From a virus (taxonomy: Duplodnaviria; Caudoviricetes): DNA of 51,037 nt. The position numbers and the translations under genes are program-made. Positions 27,094-35,089 of this stretch are shown here, piece after piece. The notes beneath the pieces are model-generated. The model saw only the letters and a list, made by a program, of their open reading frames with translations. It was not told the origin of the DNA and ran no database searches. Each line of letters opens with the position of its first letter. The first letter of the stretch is position 1. The stretch spans positions 1 to 51,037 of the IMG/VR virus record IMGVR_UViG_3300036851_000137. The stretch is one strand, 5' to 3'.

Positions 27094-27363
27094 TTACCGA
27101 GAACTACCCTTCTGAACACTTCTTGGCAACGCCGGAAGTGGCCTCCAATGGGTTGGTGGATCGTCGCGCCCAACGCAATCGAGCATAGACGATCGCTCAT
27201 AGTCGCTCCCGTAATAGACATCCTCATCCATACATAGATACCAACACCAGCACGTTTTCGGTTTATCTATCGAAACACACTTGGCGATGTTAATGAACTG
27301 CCCGTTAGATACCAACACGGCGGTATCCTTCGGGGCGCTCGCAATTGGTAGCCATGCGCTCAT
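27094..27363 (-). CDS. DUF551-like protein
   Basis: WLPIASAPKD...PTHWRPLP; bracketed by sites 27097 and 27359. Confidence 0.8.
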   Translation of the reverse strand: MSAWLPIASAPKDTAVLVSNGQFINIAKCVSIDKPKTCWCWYLCMDEDVYYGSDYERSSMLDCVGRDDPPTHWRPLPALPRSVQKGSSR

Positions 27364-27381
27364 AATTTACATTCTCGGCGG

Positions 27382-27720
27382 TCAATGCTTCACGTCGGCA
27401 ATCCGTTCGTCCCAATCGAATAGCTCGAACTGCACCGCCCGCCCGATGCGCTCTAGCGCCTCAAGCTGGTCGCGCGCATCACTTCGCTGATCTTTGAGCC
27501 AGATGCGGGCAATCTTCTTCATCGCCTTGATATCATGCGGGCCGAACTCAGCCTCGGTCGCGTCGGCGCAGACCTGTTTCAGATCATCGGCGGCCACCTG
27601 TTGCTGGCGCAGGCATTCTTCCATGCGATCGACGAAGCTCTTGGTGAGCGTCGAGCGATCAAGGTCAAACATCTTGTCGAATTCGCCGGTCGGCTTGCCG
27701 TCTTCGTGCAACGATTCCAT
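27382..27720 (-). CDS. GapR/DUF2312-like DNA-binding protein
   Basis: KSFVDRMEE...AADDLKQVCADA..AEF...KAMKKIAR resembles the GapR pattern. Confidence 0.55.
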   Translation of the reverse strand: MESLHEDGKPTGEFDKMFDLDRSTLTKSFVDRMEECLRQQQVAADDLKQVCADATEAEFGPHDIKAMKKIARIWLKDQRSDARDQLEALERIGRAVQFELFDWDERIADVKH

Positions 27721-27854
27721 CTTCAATCTCCTGTGCGGGGCTTCATTGTTTTCTCGACGAGCTACCCCCGCTCTCTCCCGTCAAAGCCGGGTACTGCCGT
27801 GGGATTAGCACGGTGGAGCCCGGTCTACCTCGTACTCAGAATAGGCATTAACGG

Positions 27855-28397
27855 TTAGCGCTTGATACCGAAATCACGACCTTTGATCTTTGCCATTCGA
27901 CCATCGGGATGATGCCATACCACCCCTTCGTAATCGTGCCAAGCAAGCCACGCTGCCAAACCATCGTAATCCCGAGGAACATTAGTCAATCGCAAACCAA
28001 AAGAATCATGTGCAACCAACTGATGCGTATCCCACTTCTCGGGGTTGCCCTGCACTTTGGGGCCGACCAATTCATAAGTCCCATCAAGAATCGGCAACGA
28101 TGCCTCGCGATGATACCGATCCTCTGGGCCATCACCGACTGGCACCCAGCCAACTGTATTCTTCGTTTCCTCATCGAGCCCAGCAGGCTCAAAGCCCACA
28201 GGGGGAACCTCGCCAGCGCGCAACTCACGCCGCTTGAACAGCTTATTATCGCGAATTAAGCAGCAAGTGCCGTCCAACTTTCGTGTTGGGGCACCTTCAC
28301 CGGCGATTACCCATTCACATCCTTCATGCACAGAGCGCGTAACACGGCTACGGTCGCCGTTCCAGTCGCGTTCAAAAAGTGTCGGGATTTTTTGCAT
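27855..28397 (-). CDS. ATP-dependent RNA ligase-like protein (DUF5565/RLIG1 type)
   Basis: MQKIPTLFER, motif I RKLDGT, TYELVGPKVQGNP, EGVVW, MAKIK. Confidence 0.75.
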   Translation of the reverse strand: MQKIPTLFERDWNGDRSRVTRSVHEGCEWVIAGEGAPTRKLDGTCCLIRDNKLFKRRELRAGEVPPVGFEPAGLDEETKNTVGWVPVGDGPEDRYHREASLPILDGTYELVGPKVQGNPEKWDTHQLVAHDSFGLRLTNVPRDYDGLAAWLAWHDYEGVVWHHPDGRMAKIKGRDFGIKR

Positions 28398-28411
28398 CTT
28401 TCAGAATGTCC

Positions 28412-28600
28412 TTAATGGCTGTTCTGATCAGCAATGATCTGCCGCCCGAGCACCACCATCGCCTCGCCGAGACGGATCGCTACATCCGGGGTTAAGACAG
28501 TCTCGCGCAGGGTATCTCCCCACTCGCCGCCTGGTTCAGCGTCAACGAGCAGAACGTAACCCCCGTCACGCTTGACTGACATCGTGTAAACACCGCGCAT
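28412..28600 (-). CDS. Hypothetical protein
   Basis: ORF track; TGATG overlap with the upstream gene. Confidence 0.5.
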   Translation of the reverse strand: MRGVYTMSVKRDGGYVLLVDAEPGGEWGDTLRETVLTPDVAIRLGEAMVVLGRQIIADQNSH

Positions 28601-28878
28601 CAGTGCGCTCCCATGCTGGCGCGAATTCTGGCTTTCATATCGGGAAGCAGTTTCTCCCAGCGAGCCCGCAGTTCGCCAGGATCGCTTTCGTGTCCCATTT
28701 CGTGTGGTTTTGCGGGCGCATCGTGATAATCAGCGATACCAGCCTCTTCCAGTACCCGGATAACCGACCTTGATTGCAGCAATTGTTTGGTGTCTCTGGC
28801 GATGATCCGTTTGATCATGTCGACAGAAAAGCCACGATTGCCTAGAGCGGTAATCGCGAGAGCTAGGTCTTTGTTCAT
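28600..28878 (-). CDS. Hypothetical protein
   Basis: Likely start MNKDLAL at 28878, overlapping the upstream stop. Confidence 0.55.
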   Translation of the reverse strand: MNKDLALAITALGNRGFSVDMIKRIIARDTKQLLQSRSVIRVLEEAGIADYHDAPAKPHEMGHESDPGELRARWEKLLPDMKARIRASMGAH

Positions 28879-29354
28879 CACGCCACCCCCGCCGTGTATG
28901 CCGCCGAGCAGCCGGTGTAACTGCGAGCGTCGGCTCGAACGATCTTGAACCCGAAGCCGCCATCGCGCGGGGTAATCTCGTGCGCCGAGAAGTCGGCCTC
29001 GATCGGCCCCATCACCTTGGGCCATTGCAACTCGCGCTCGCCGTCGAAATACCCGTCGCACTTCATCGCTGCCGAGAAGCCACGGCACTGACGCCGGCCG
29101 CATGTCTTGCGCCGGGAGCGGTTCGCTGCAATGTGGACCGGCTTGCCGCAAGCGCACAAGCCAGCGGCGGCGCGACGGCTCAGCTCGGCCTCGTCGATCC
29201 CGTAGATCCGCATCGCGCGCTCGACTAGGCGTTTATGCCCCAGCTTCACACCGCAGGATACGTCGCAAGTCTCGCGGGCGTTGAACTTGCCTGCCCGCTC
29301 CCCCTCGCGTTGGACGAGCGGCTTGCCGCAATTGGCGCAGAGGCGGGCGGTCAT
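28878..29354 (-). CDS. Cys-rich Zn-binding hypothetical protein
   Basis: Several CxxC/CxxxC motifs; ATGA overlap with cro. Confidence 0.6.
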   Translation of the reverse strand: MTARLCANCGKPLVQREGERAGKFNARETCDVSCGVKLGHKRLVERAMRIYGIDEAELSRRAAAGLCACGKPVHIAANRSRRKTCGRRQCRGFSAAMKCDGYFDGERELQWPKVMGPIEADFSAHEITPRDGGFGFKIVRADARSYTGCSAAYTAGVA

Positions 29355-29602
29355 GCGGCCTCTCCCGGCGGCTGGGGATCAGTGGAGATGGTGCGTTTCG
29401 CGCGTATAAGACGGCCCAGAACATCGAAGCTGATGCCATCAATGCCTCGGCGCTGTGCGCCATCAACGACCCAATTCCAATAGGCGGCTGGAATCGTATC
29501 GCGGCTTTTCCACACAGCAACCAAAGCCGGGCTGACGCCGCAATCCTCAGCCAGTTTGGAGGGATGCGGCCATGCGTTGATGATTTCGGTGAAGCTCTGC
29601 AT
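29351..29602 (-). CDS. Cro-like HTH regulator
   Basis: MQSFTEIINAW...LAEDCGVS...VWKSRDTIPAAYW. Confidence 0.8.
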   Translation of the reverse strand: MQSFTEIINAWPHPSKLAEDCGVSPALVAVWKSRDTIPAAYWNWVVDGAQRRGIDGISFDVLGRLIRAKRTISTDPQPPGEAA

Positions 29603-29612
29603 GGACACTATA

Positions 29613-29666
29613 TTGCACGGTGCAAAAAAAGATTGCAACGTGAAAAATATCTCTTGCAATCTGCAA
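29613..29666. promoter_or_regulatory. Three operator-like sites TTGCA-N3-TGCAA
   Basis: TTGCACGGTGCAA (29613), TTGCAACGTGAAA (29633) and TTGCAATCTGCAA (29654), spaced 20-21 bp at a divergence point. Confidence 0.65.
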
Positions 29667-29772
29667 TGCCCCGTGGCATCGTCTCCCCCGCCGCCGGTTC
29701 CGCCTTACCCTCCCAAGTGGGCGTCGCCGGTTCCCCTTTCCGGCAAGAGCCGGCGGCGACGGGAGAGAGATA

Positions 29773-30000
29773 ATGTCGATAGCCGATGATCTGGTCGCCA
29801 ACATCCGCGCCGGCAACGAGCTTTTCCTTGCCGGTGTCCAGGCAGCCGACGAGAACAGCCCGAGCGCGCGGAAGCTGGCGGCATTGATCGCCGACATTGA
29901 AGAAATATCAACCGATATTACGGCAGCAACTAAGAACCCCGCCATGATAGCACTGCGCAATCGATTGCGCTTCGCCATCGCCGAGGCTCGCAAGTCATGA
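29773..30000 (+). CDS. Hypothetical protein
   Basis: GGAG RBS; ATGA overlap with the next gene. Confidence 0.6.
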   Translation: MSIADDLVANIRAGNELFLAGVQAADENSPSARKLAALIADIEEISTDITAATKNPAMIALRNRLRFAIAEARKS

Positions 30001-30248
30001 CCAGCGACCGCCTCCGGGACGAGCGCGACTCAATCCAAGCGAAGATCGAAGCGCTGATGCTCCGGCGAGCGGCCCTCTCCGACGCGCTTATAACAGCGAC
30101 CACGCACGAACAAATTGACCGTGTGACGGAAGCCTTCGATGCGGATGGAGATAGGATCGCCGCGCTCGAAGCCGTGCTGGACGAGGCCGACGCTGCCGTT
30201 GCGCGGGACGATCCTGAGCGGCGTCTGTGGGGGCATGACGGGATATGA
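29997..30248 (+). CDS. Hypothetical coiled-coil protein
   Basis: Coupled overlaps at both ends. Confidence 0.6.
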   Translation: MTSDRLRDERDSIQAKIEALMLRRAALSDALITATTHEQIDRVTEAFDADGDRIAALEAVLDEADAAVARDDPERRLWGHDGI

Positions 30249-30556
30249 GCAAACCAAAATGGACACCTGGGCCTTGGCCGGTTGTGCGAGAAGATTTGCG
30301 CGGCGGCTGCTATTGGTGCGGCGTCGTGATCCCTGGTCTGGAAGAGGGGTTTGCCCTGCACGCAGACGATAACGGCGAAGCCAATGCTCACCTGATCGCC
30401 GCCGCCCCGGATCTCTACGATGCACTACACAAGATCATCGAAGGGTCAGTTACGGTCGCAGCATCACCAGATACGGTGTCAGCTATTGAGGATCTGATGG
30501 AGCTGTTTCGCACTATTGGTCAACCCGCTCTTGCCAAAGCCCGAGGTGAGCCATGA
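30245..30556 (+). CDS. Conserved phage protein (TPGPW...ANAHLIAAAPDL family)
   Basis: Motif; paralogous to 16365..16682. Confidence 0.75.
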   Translation: MSKPKWTPGPWPVVREDLRGGCYWCGVVIPGLEEGFALHADDNGEANAHLIAAAPDLYDALHKIIEGSVTVAASPDTVSAIEDLMELFRTIGQPALAKARGEP

Positions 30557-30616
30557 CCTACCGTTTCCCGCGAAGGGCGCGACGAGATTTATCCAAACGC
30601 ACGAGGTCGCCACAAA

Positions 30617-30793
30617 ATGCCAGAACCTAAGGTCTGGACGAAAGCTGAAATCATGCATGTTATGATGACGGAATGGGAGGAGGCGATGAACGATGCGATT
30701 GCTCGCGGTATTAAGCGACCAGTAGCAGTTGAGTTGATCGAATTGATGTATCTCGCGCTTGAGGAACGCGGGTTGATCCAAGAGCAGCCATGA
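30617..30793 (+). CDS. Hypothetical protein (58 aa)
   Basis: Translated by hand: MPEPKVWTKAEIMHVMM...; ATGA overlap with the HNH gene. Confidence 0.45.
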   Translation: MPEPKVWTKAEIMHVMMTEWEEAMNDAIARGIKRPVAVELIELMYLALEERGLIQEQP

Positions 30794-31452
30794 CCGCCAA
30801 CGAGAAGGCGCCCTACGATTGGGAGAACGAGATATCGACATTAACCGGTCCCGATCGCCGCAAAAGAAATAGGCTGGTAATAGAGTTACGGCGGCAGGGC
30901 AAACCGCCCACGTGCGAACATTGTGAGAAAGCCATACCTGCCCGCAACCGTTTTTGCTCTATGAGATGTCGCGTTGATTTCGCAGCAAGCCCCGAACGCA
31001 TCGTTGAGCGCTTTTGGCACGGGTTCAAAACGGGTGCGCCAGAAGATTGTTGGTCATGGCAGGGGATGATAAGCCACGGCGGCTATGGCATACTTTCGCA
31101 ACCCCCTCGTCGATTGTGGGTAGCCTCGCGAGTAAGCTGGGAAATACATTTCGGCGTAATTCCCACCGGATTATTCGTTTGTCATCATTGCGATAACCGC
31201 CGATGCGTTAATCCCTCTCATTTATTTTTAGGCACGGCAAAAGACAATACGCAAGATATGTTGAGGAAAGGACGGCATCGAGCGCCAATGACGCGCGGTG
31301 AAAAAATAGGTCTCGCGAAATTGACGGAAGCACAGATCCCATTAATACGTTCTGATCCCCGATCATCTCGTAAAATAGCGCCAGAATACGGCGTTAGCTA
31401 TAGAACGATTGTTTCAGTCAAAAGCCGGGAGACATGGGGCCACGTGCCGTGA
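30790..31452 (+). CDS. HNH homing endonuclease with Zn finger
   Basis: CWSWQG...GYG, ASRVSW, VCHHCDNRRCVNPSHLFLGT..DN. Confidence 0.92.
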   Translation: MTANEKAPYDWENEISTLTGPDRRKRNRLVIELRRQGKPPTCEHCEKAIPARNRFCSMRCRVDFAASPERIVERFWHGFKTGAPEDCWSWQGMISHGGYGILSQPPRRLWVASRVSWEIHFGVIPTGLFVCHHCDNRRCVNPSHLFLGTAKDNTQDMLRKGRHRAPMTRGEKIGLAKLTEAQIPLIRSDPRSSRKIAPEYGVSYRTIVSVKSRETWGHVP

Positions 31453-31667
31453 CGAAAATTGATTGGAACGAGGAAATGAAAATCCTAGAAGCCCGCCTCG
31501 CGGGCCATCTAACCGACGAAGAGACAGCCGCGCGGCTGGCGGCGATCGACCGGCTGACCGCGCCGCTGCATCGCATACATCGCGAGCGTGTATGGCAATC
31601 GGTCCTCGGGCTGATCGGCTCCGGTGTGATCGCGGTCCTCACCGTGCTCGCGTTCGTGGCGCTATAA
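31449..31667 (+). CDS. Small membrane-anchored protein
   Basis: GTGA overlap; C-terminal TM helix. Confidence 0.55.
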   Translation: MTKIDWNEEMKILEARLAGHLTDEETAARLAAIDRLTAPLHRIHRERVWQSVLGLIGSGVIAVLTVLAFVAL

Positions 31668-31773
31668 GCGAATTCAAGTATGCCTGATATTTTTTCGCGA
31701 TGTTACGGTTGCGGCCGAAAATTGAGTTGGTGGTCTCACTATATCAGTCCCAACATCTATTGTGAGGAATGTA

Positions 31774-31905
31774 ATGGCAGACATCGGAAAGCCGATCAAG
31801 CGTTACACGGTAGTTCCGCTATCGGAGCCAGTACCGGAAACTAAGGAACCACAGCAAGCGCCGGCCCCGGAGCGCGAACGGCAGCCAGAACGGCAGCCAG
31901 CATGA
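31774..31905 (+). CDS. Small Pro/Glu-rich peptide (43 aa)
   Basis: GAGGA RBS; MADIGKPIKRYTVVPLSEPVPETKEP...; ATGA-coupled to the next gene. Confidence 0.6.
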   Translation: MADIGKPIKRYTVVPLSEPVPETKEPQQAPAPERERQPERQPA

Positions 31906-32405
31906 CACCGGAACAATTATACGCACAATATCTAGCACTACAACACACGCAAGCCTTTGGCATTCCCTCTGCACAGCTTGCGCAATCTGCGCAAAATACG
32001 CCAGCCATACCTTTGCCGCGCGTCGATATGCAAGTGCTTGATCTGATCGGCTGGCGCGCATGGCGGATCACGCCGACCGGCTACCTTCAAAGCGCCGTTG
32101 TCGAAACGATCTGGCTGCCAGGCTCACCAATGATCGGCGAGGTCGGTGATCACAATGGGAAGGGCGTTCACGCTTACAAGACGCGAAACGATGCCCTCGC
32201 CTACGCTATGAGTGGCGCACGTGTGGCTCTAGGTTCTGTGCTGCTTTGGGGAGAAGTCGTCGAGCATGAACGCGGCTATCGCGCGGCGCGGGCCAAAATT
32301 CATTCAATCGATGACATAACATGGGATACCGAACCACCGTGGAGCGATACTGTGGGAAAGGCGCTCGCTTTTCTACGGAAGCGTTACGTCGTATCCGGCG
32401 AGTGA
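31902..32405 (+). CDS. Conserved hypothetical protein (GWRAW...GVHAY...LWGEVVEHERGYRA)
   Basis: Recurrent motif set in uncharacterised phage and actinobacterial proteins. Confidence 0.7.
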   Translation: MTPEQLYAQYLALQHTQAFGIPSAQLAQSAQNTPAIPLPRVDMQVLDLIGWRAWRITPTGYLQSAVVETIWLPGSPMIGEVGDHNGKGVHAYKTRNDALAYAMSGARVALGSVLLWGEVVEHERGYRAARAKIHSIDDITWDTEPPWSDTVGKALAFLRKRYVVSGE

Positions 32406-32436
32406 CGATAAGCGGTATTAAGGACACCTATTCCTA

Positions 32437-32733
32437 ATGGCCACATGTACTACCGAATCGATTGCTATATGGTTCAATCAATGGTTAGCGCGACCTATTG
32501 ACGATAGGGATCGGGTTATTATACAGGGGACCCTGCATTGTCTTGACCACCCCGAAGATGTAGAACGTGCTAACGACAGATATAGGCCAGAAACTGCGGT
32601 CGTTAGACTTCTGTCTGTAATTTGCACCTGCGGTCGCATCGTTCATGTCGGGGAAGTTCTGGAGAATACCCGCGAAGTTGATTGTATATGCGGACGGCGG
32701 TATCAGGTCACACCCGCTCATAATCAACGCTAA
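32437..32733 (+). CDS. Hypothetical protein (Zn ribbon)
   Basis: CTCG and CICG; between sites 32405 and 32717. Confidence 0.55.
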   Translation: MATCTTESIAIWFNQWLARPIDDRDRVIIQGTLHCLDHPEDVERANDRYRPETAVVRLLSVICTCGRIVHVGEVLENTREVDCICGRRYQVTPAHNQR

Positions 32734-32839
32734 GAGCACGATACCGAGATGAGCATCCGAGAAGCGCAGGACGAACGGGGTTCCTACCTGATTGTTCGAT
32801 GCCCGAACTCGCGGTGAAGCTGGGCGAGGCGCGGAGTCG

Positions 32840-33019
32840 TCAGGACGCCTGAAGCGCCTTGTGAGCCTCGTCGAGCGCGGCGTCAAACGCGGCCCGTTCC
32901 TCGGGCGTCGGCGCGGTCTCGCTGCTGAAGAGATCCCAAATCTGTTTGACGGCCTCGATTGTCTGTGGCATCGCGGCGAGGATCTGGAGCAGAAGCGGCA
33001 GGAGCACGGCGATAGGCAT
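32840..33019 (-). CDS. Small amphipathic protein downstream of the lipoprotein (lysis accessory?)
   Basis: Not in track: MPIAVLLPLLLQILAAMPQTIEAVKQIW...HKALQAS. Confidence 0.6.
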   Translation of the reverse strand: MPIAVLLPLLLQILAAMPQTIEAVKQIWDLFSSETAPTPEERAAFDAALDEAHKALQAS

Positions 33020-33025
33020 GGCTGA

Positions 33026-33346
33026 TTACCTCACAGGAATAACGGATTGAAGGTTCTTGATCGCGGTGAGCGCGGACCCTAGCATGGCCTCGTTCTGTTC
33101 GGCGGCCTTGACCGCAGCATATGCCTGGTTATCAGCGTCCTTGATCCGCTGGACAGTCGCCGGATCGGAACACGGCGGCGGCGCAACCGTGCAGCGCGGC
33201 TGGCTGGTGTAGATCAAAGCCAACCGCTCGGCGGTCGTAAGACTGACGACGGCGGCCGCGACCTTGGAGCTGACGCTACCGCCGCCCGTACCGGCACAGT
33301 TTGCCAGAATGAACAATACAGGGAGCATAACGGCAAGGCGTTTCAT
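33026..33346 (-). CDS. Lipoprotein (possible spanin-like lysis protein)
   Basis: Signal peptide with lipobox ILANC; lies in the lysis region. Confidence 0.7.
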   Translation of the reverse strand: MKRLAVMLPVLFILANCAGTGGGSVSSKVAAAVVSLTTAERLALIYTSQPRCTVAPPPCSDPATVQRIKDADNQAYAAVKAAEQNEAMLGSALTAIKNLQSVIPVR

Positions 33347-33394
33347 GTGCGCGGACTCCCATCGGGATTGCGGGTGACCGCGATGTTGATAAGT

Positions 33395-33820
33395 TCAGGC
33401 TGCTTCATTATCGGTGCCCCTTCGGTTGTGGTGCCGAATTTGCTGTGCTAGAGCACCGCGATACGCGACGATGTTCTCCGGCACAACCTTTCGAGTAGTT
33501 GTGGATGTCGCTGCGTGCGCGATAAAAAGCTCGGCCTGCAAACTCTTGATTTTCAGGTAGGGAAGGCAGGCAGCCAAAATAATGGCCCCAGCCTGTGGCC
33601 CCACCTTCCAGACAAATTCCTGCTTCCATCGCAGCGGGCGCTTCCCCACTCTATGCACGCGGCCACCAAATGTCTGCTGTATCCAAAGCAACGCGCCCTC
33701 ATGGCTGTTGTAGACACAGCAAATCGGATGATCCCGGCCCCTGTGGGAAACGATCGTAACGGACCCCTCGCCGTCTATTAAGCCGGCCAAGTAGGCAAGG
33801 TCCGTCTCGGCCCAGTTCAT
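33395..33820 (-). CDS. Free-standing single-motif LAGLIDADG homing endonuclease
   Basis: DLAYLAGLIDGEGSV, FGG, LPYLKIK. Confidence 0.9.
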   Translation of the reverse strand: MNWAETDLAYLAGLIDGEGSVTIVSHRGRDHPICCVYNSHEGALLWIQQTFGGRVHRVGKRPLRWKQEFVWKVGPQAGAIILAACLPYLKIKSLQAELFIAHAATSTTTRKVVPENIVAYRGALAQQIRHHNRRGTDNEAA

Positions 33821-34038
33821 GATCTCGGAGACCCGTCAGGGTTCCTCGTAATTGCTTGGTTTGCCCACATACCGCAGTCGCGAAGCTGGCGCAGCAGGTA
33901 GGTTTTGTCGGGGCCGTCTGGTATCCAAGGTTCGATCGTGTCCGTAAACGCTTTGAATGCATCGCGTATTGCACCCATTGTGTTCATCTGTTCATCGGTG
34001 GGCTTGAGATATTGGAATGTCGAGTGATGCAGGGCCAT
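33817..34038 (-). CDS. Acb2/Tad1-like hairpin protein (putative cyclic-nucleotide sponge)
   Basis: FQYLKPTDEQ...IRDAFK...PDGPDKT...L...MWANQAITR pattern. Confidence 0.65.
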   Translation of the reverse strand: MALHHSTFQYLKPTDEQMNTMGAIRDAFKAFTDTIEPWIPDGPDKTYLLRQLRDCGMWANQAITRNPDGSPRS

Positions 34039-34153
34039 CGGATCTCCTTTCAGTTTCCATAGAGAGCGAGCGGCCCGCCAGCGGCGAACACCAGCAGCAG
34101 CACGAGCACGACGGCGAGGCCGATGAGGACGTAAAGCCAGTAAGGGCGCTGGT

Positions 34154-34312
34154 TCACCGGATCGGCGCTCCGAAGACCCCCCAGCCGAGTAGCCCGAGCA
34201 GAATGTAAATCAGTAGCCAAGGCGCGTGCCCCTGATTGAGCGGCCAATTCCAGAATCCGGTGAACACTAGCGAGATCACGTACAAGATCCAGAACCATAT
34301 GCCTGCGGTCAT
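34154..34312 (-). CDS. Small two-TM membrane protein
   Basis: Not in track: MTAGIWFWILYVISLVF...LLGLLGWGVFGAPIR; GGAG RBS. Confidence 0.6.
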   Translation of the reverse strand: MTAGIWFWILYVISLVFTGFWNWPLNQGHAPWLLIYILLGLLGWGVFGAPIR

Positions 34313-34322
34313 AGCGGTTCTC

Positions 34323-34733
34323 CTATGGGGTCACGGGCGCTGGTTGCGGTCGCACGTCAACCGGCACGGACGGTGCGGCAGCGGCCTCGGTCGCCGGCAC
34401 TCGCGTCGCGATGTTGTCTAGCCCCTTAGCCGTGACCGTGACCGTGACCGGCATCGGCGTTCCCGCCTTCATGGTGGCCTCAGCCGACGCCTTTGCCGCC
34501 GCGACCTCCGCAAGCCGTGCTGCCTTGATCGCGGCGATTTTCTGCCAGGCCGACCATACCAGCGTCGCGAGCATGGCGGCAGCCGTGACGGCCATCTGGA
34601 TCTGGTCCCCGCTCACCGTCAGTGCCCAGGTGAACCCGAGCCCGCTCGCGATCTGGAGAAGACCTCGGACGACCGCCCCCATGATCGGTAGATAGGGCTT
34701 GATCCAATCGGCGATCGTCAGGTCGTTACCCAT
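34323..34733 (-). CDS. Putative holin
   Basis: GAVVRGLL and LVWSAWQK, two TM segments; near the endolysin. Confidence 0.6.
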   Translation of the reverse strand: MGNDLTIADWIKPYLPIMGAVVRGLLQIASGLGFTWALTVSGDQIQMAVTAAAMLATLVWSAWQKIAAIKAARLAEVAAAKASAEATMKAGTPMPVTVTVTAKGLDNIATRVPATEAAAAPSVPVDVRPQPAPVTP

Positions 34734-35089
34734 TTCCGTTCTCCAGAAAGGTTCAAACACCAAACGCGAGCCCACGGCAGCCAAATCGGGTAGAAGACGA
34801 TATACCGCATCGACCAGATTGCCCATGCAATCGCCACCCAGCACAGCACGTCAGCCTGAGCGTCAAGAACGGCAGGGTCATGGAGCCAGCGACGGATCAT
34901 CGTCCCTCGCAATAGATCGGCCCGATAGGCTGCACTCGCTCGCAGGAGCAGCCGGACAGGATGAGTAGAAGACTTAGGATGGCTGCGAGGCGGATCATCT
35001 CAGCCGTGGGAACACGACGAAGATCATCAGGATCTCCGCACCTACGATAGACAGGGACACGGCCGCGATGAGCAGATCGTAGGCCATGA

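Larger units (their letters stand above)
15702..32736. repeat. Dispersed family of 20-bp imperfect palindromes HYSWKAA-N6-TTMWSRD at accessory-gene boundaries
   Basis: Copies start at 15702, 16120, 16327, 17371, 17602, 18236, 18985, 20786, 21638, 22238, 22548, 24317, 24732, 27097, 27359, 27835, 28409 and 32405, with a degenerate one at 32717. Confidence 0.85.
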
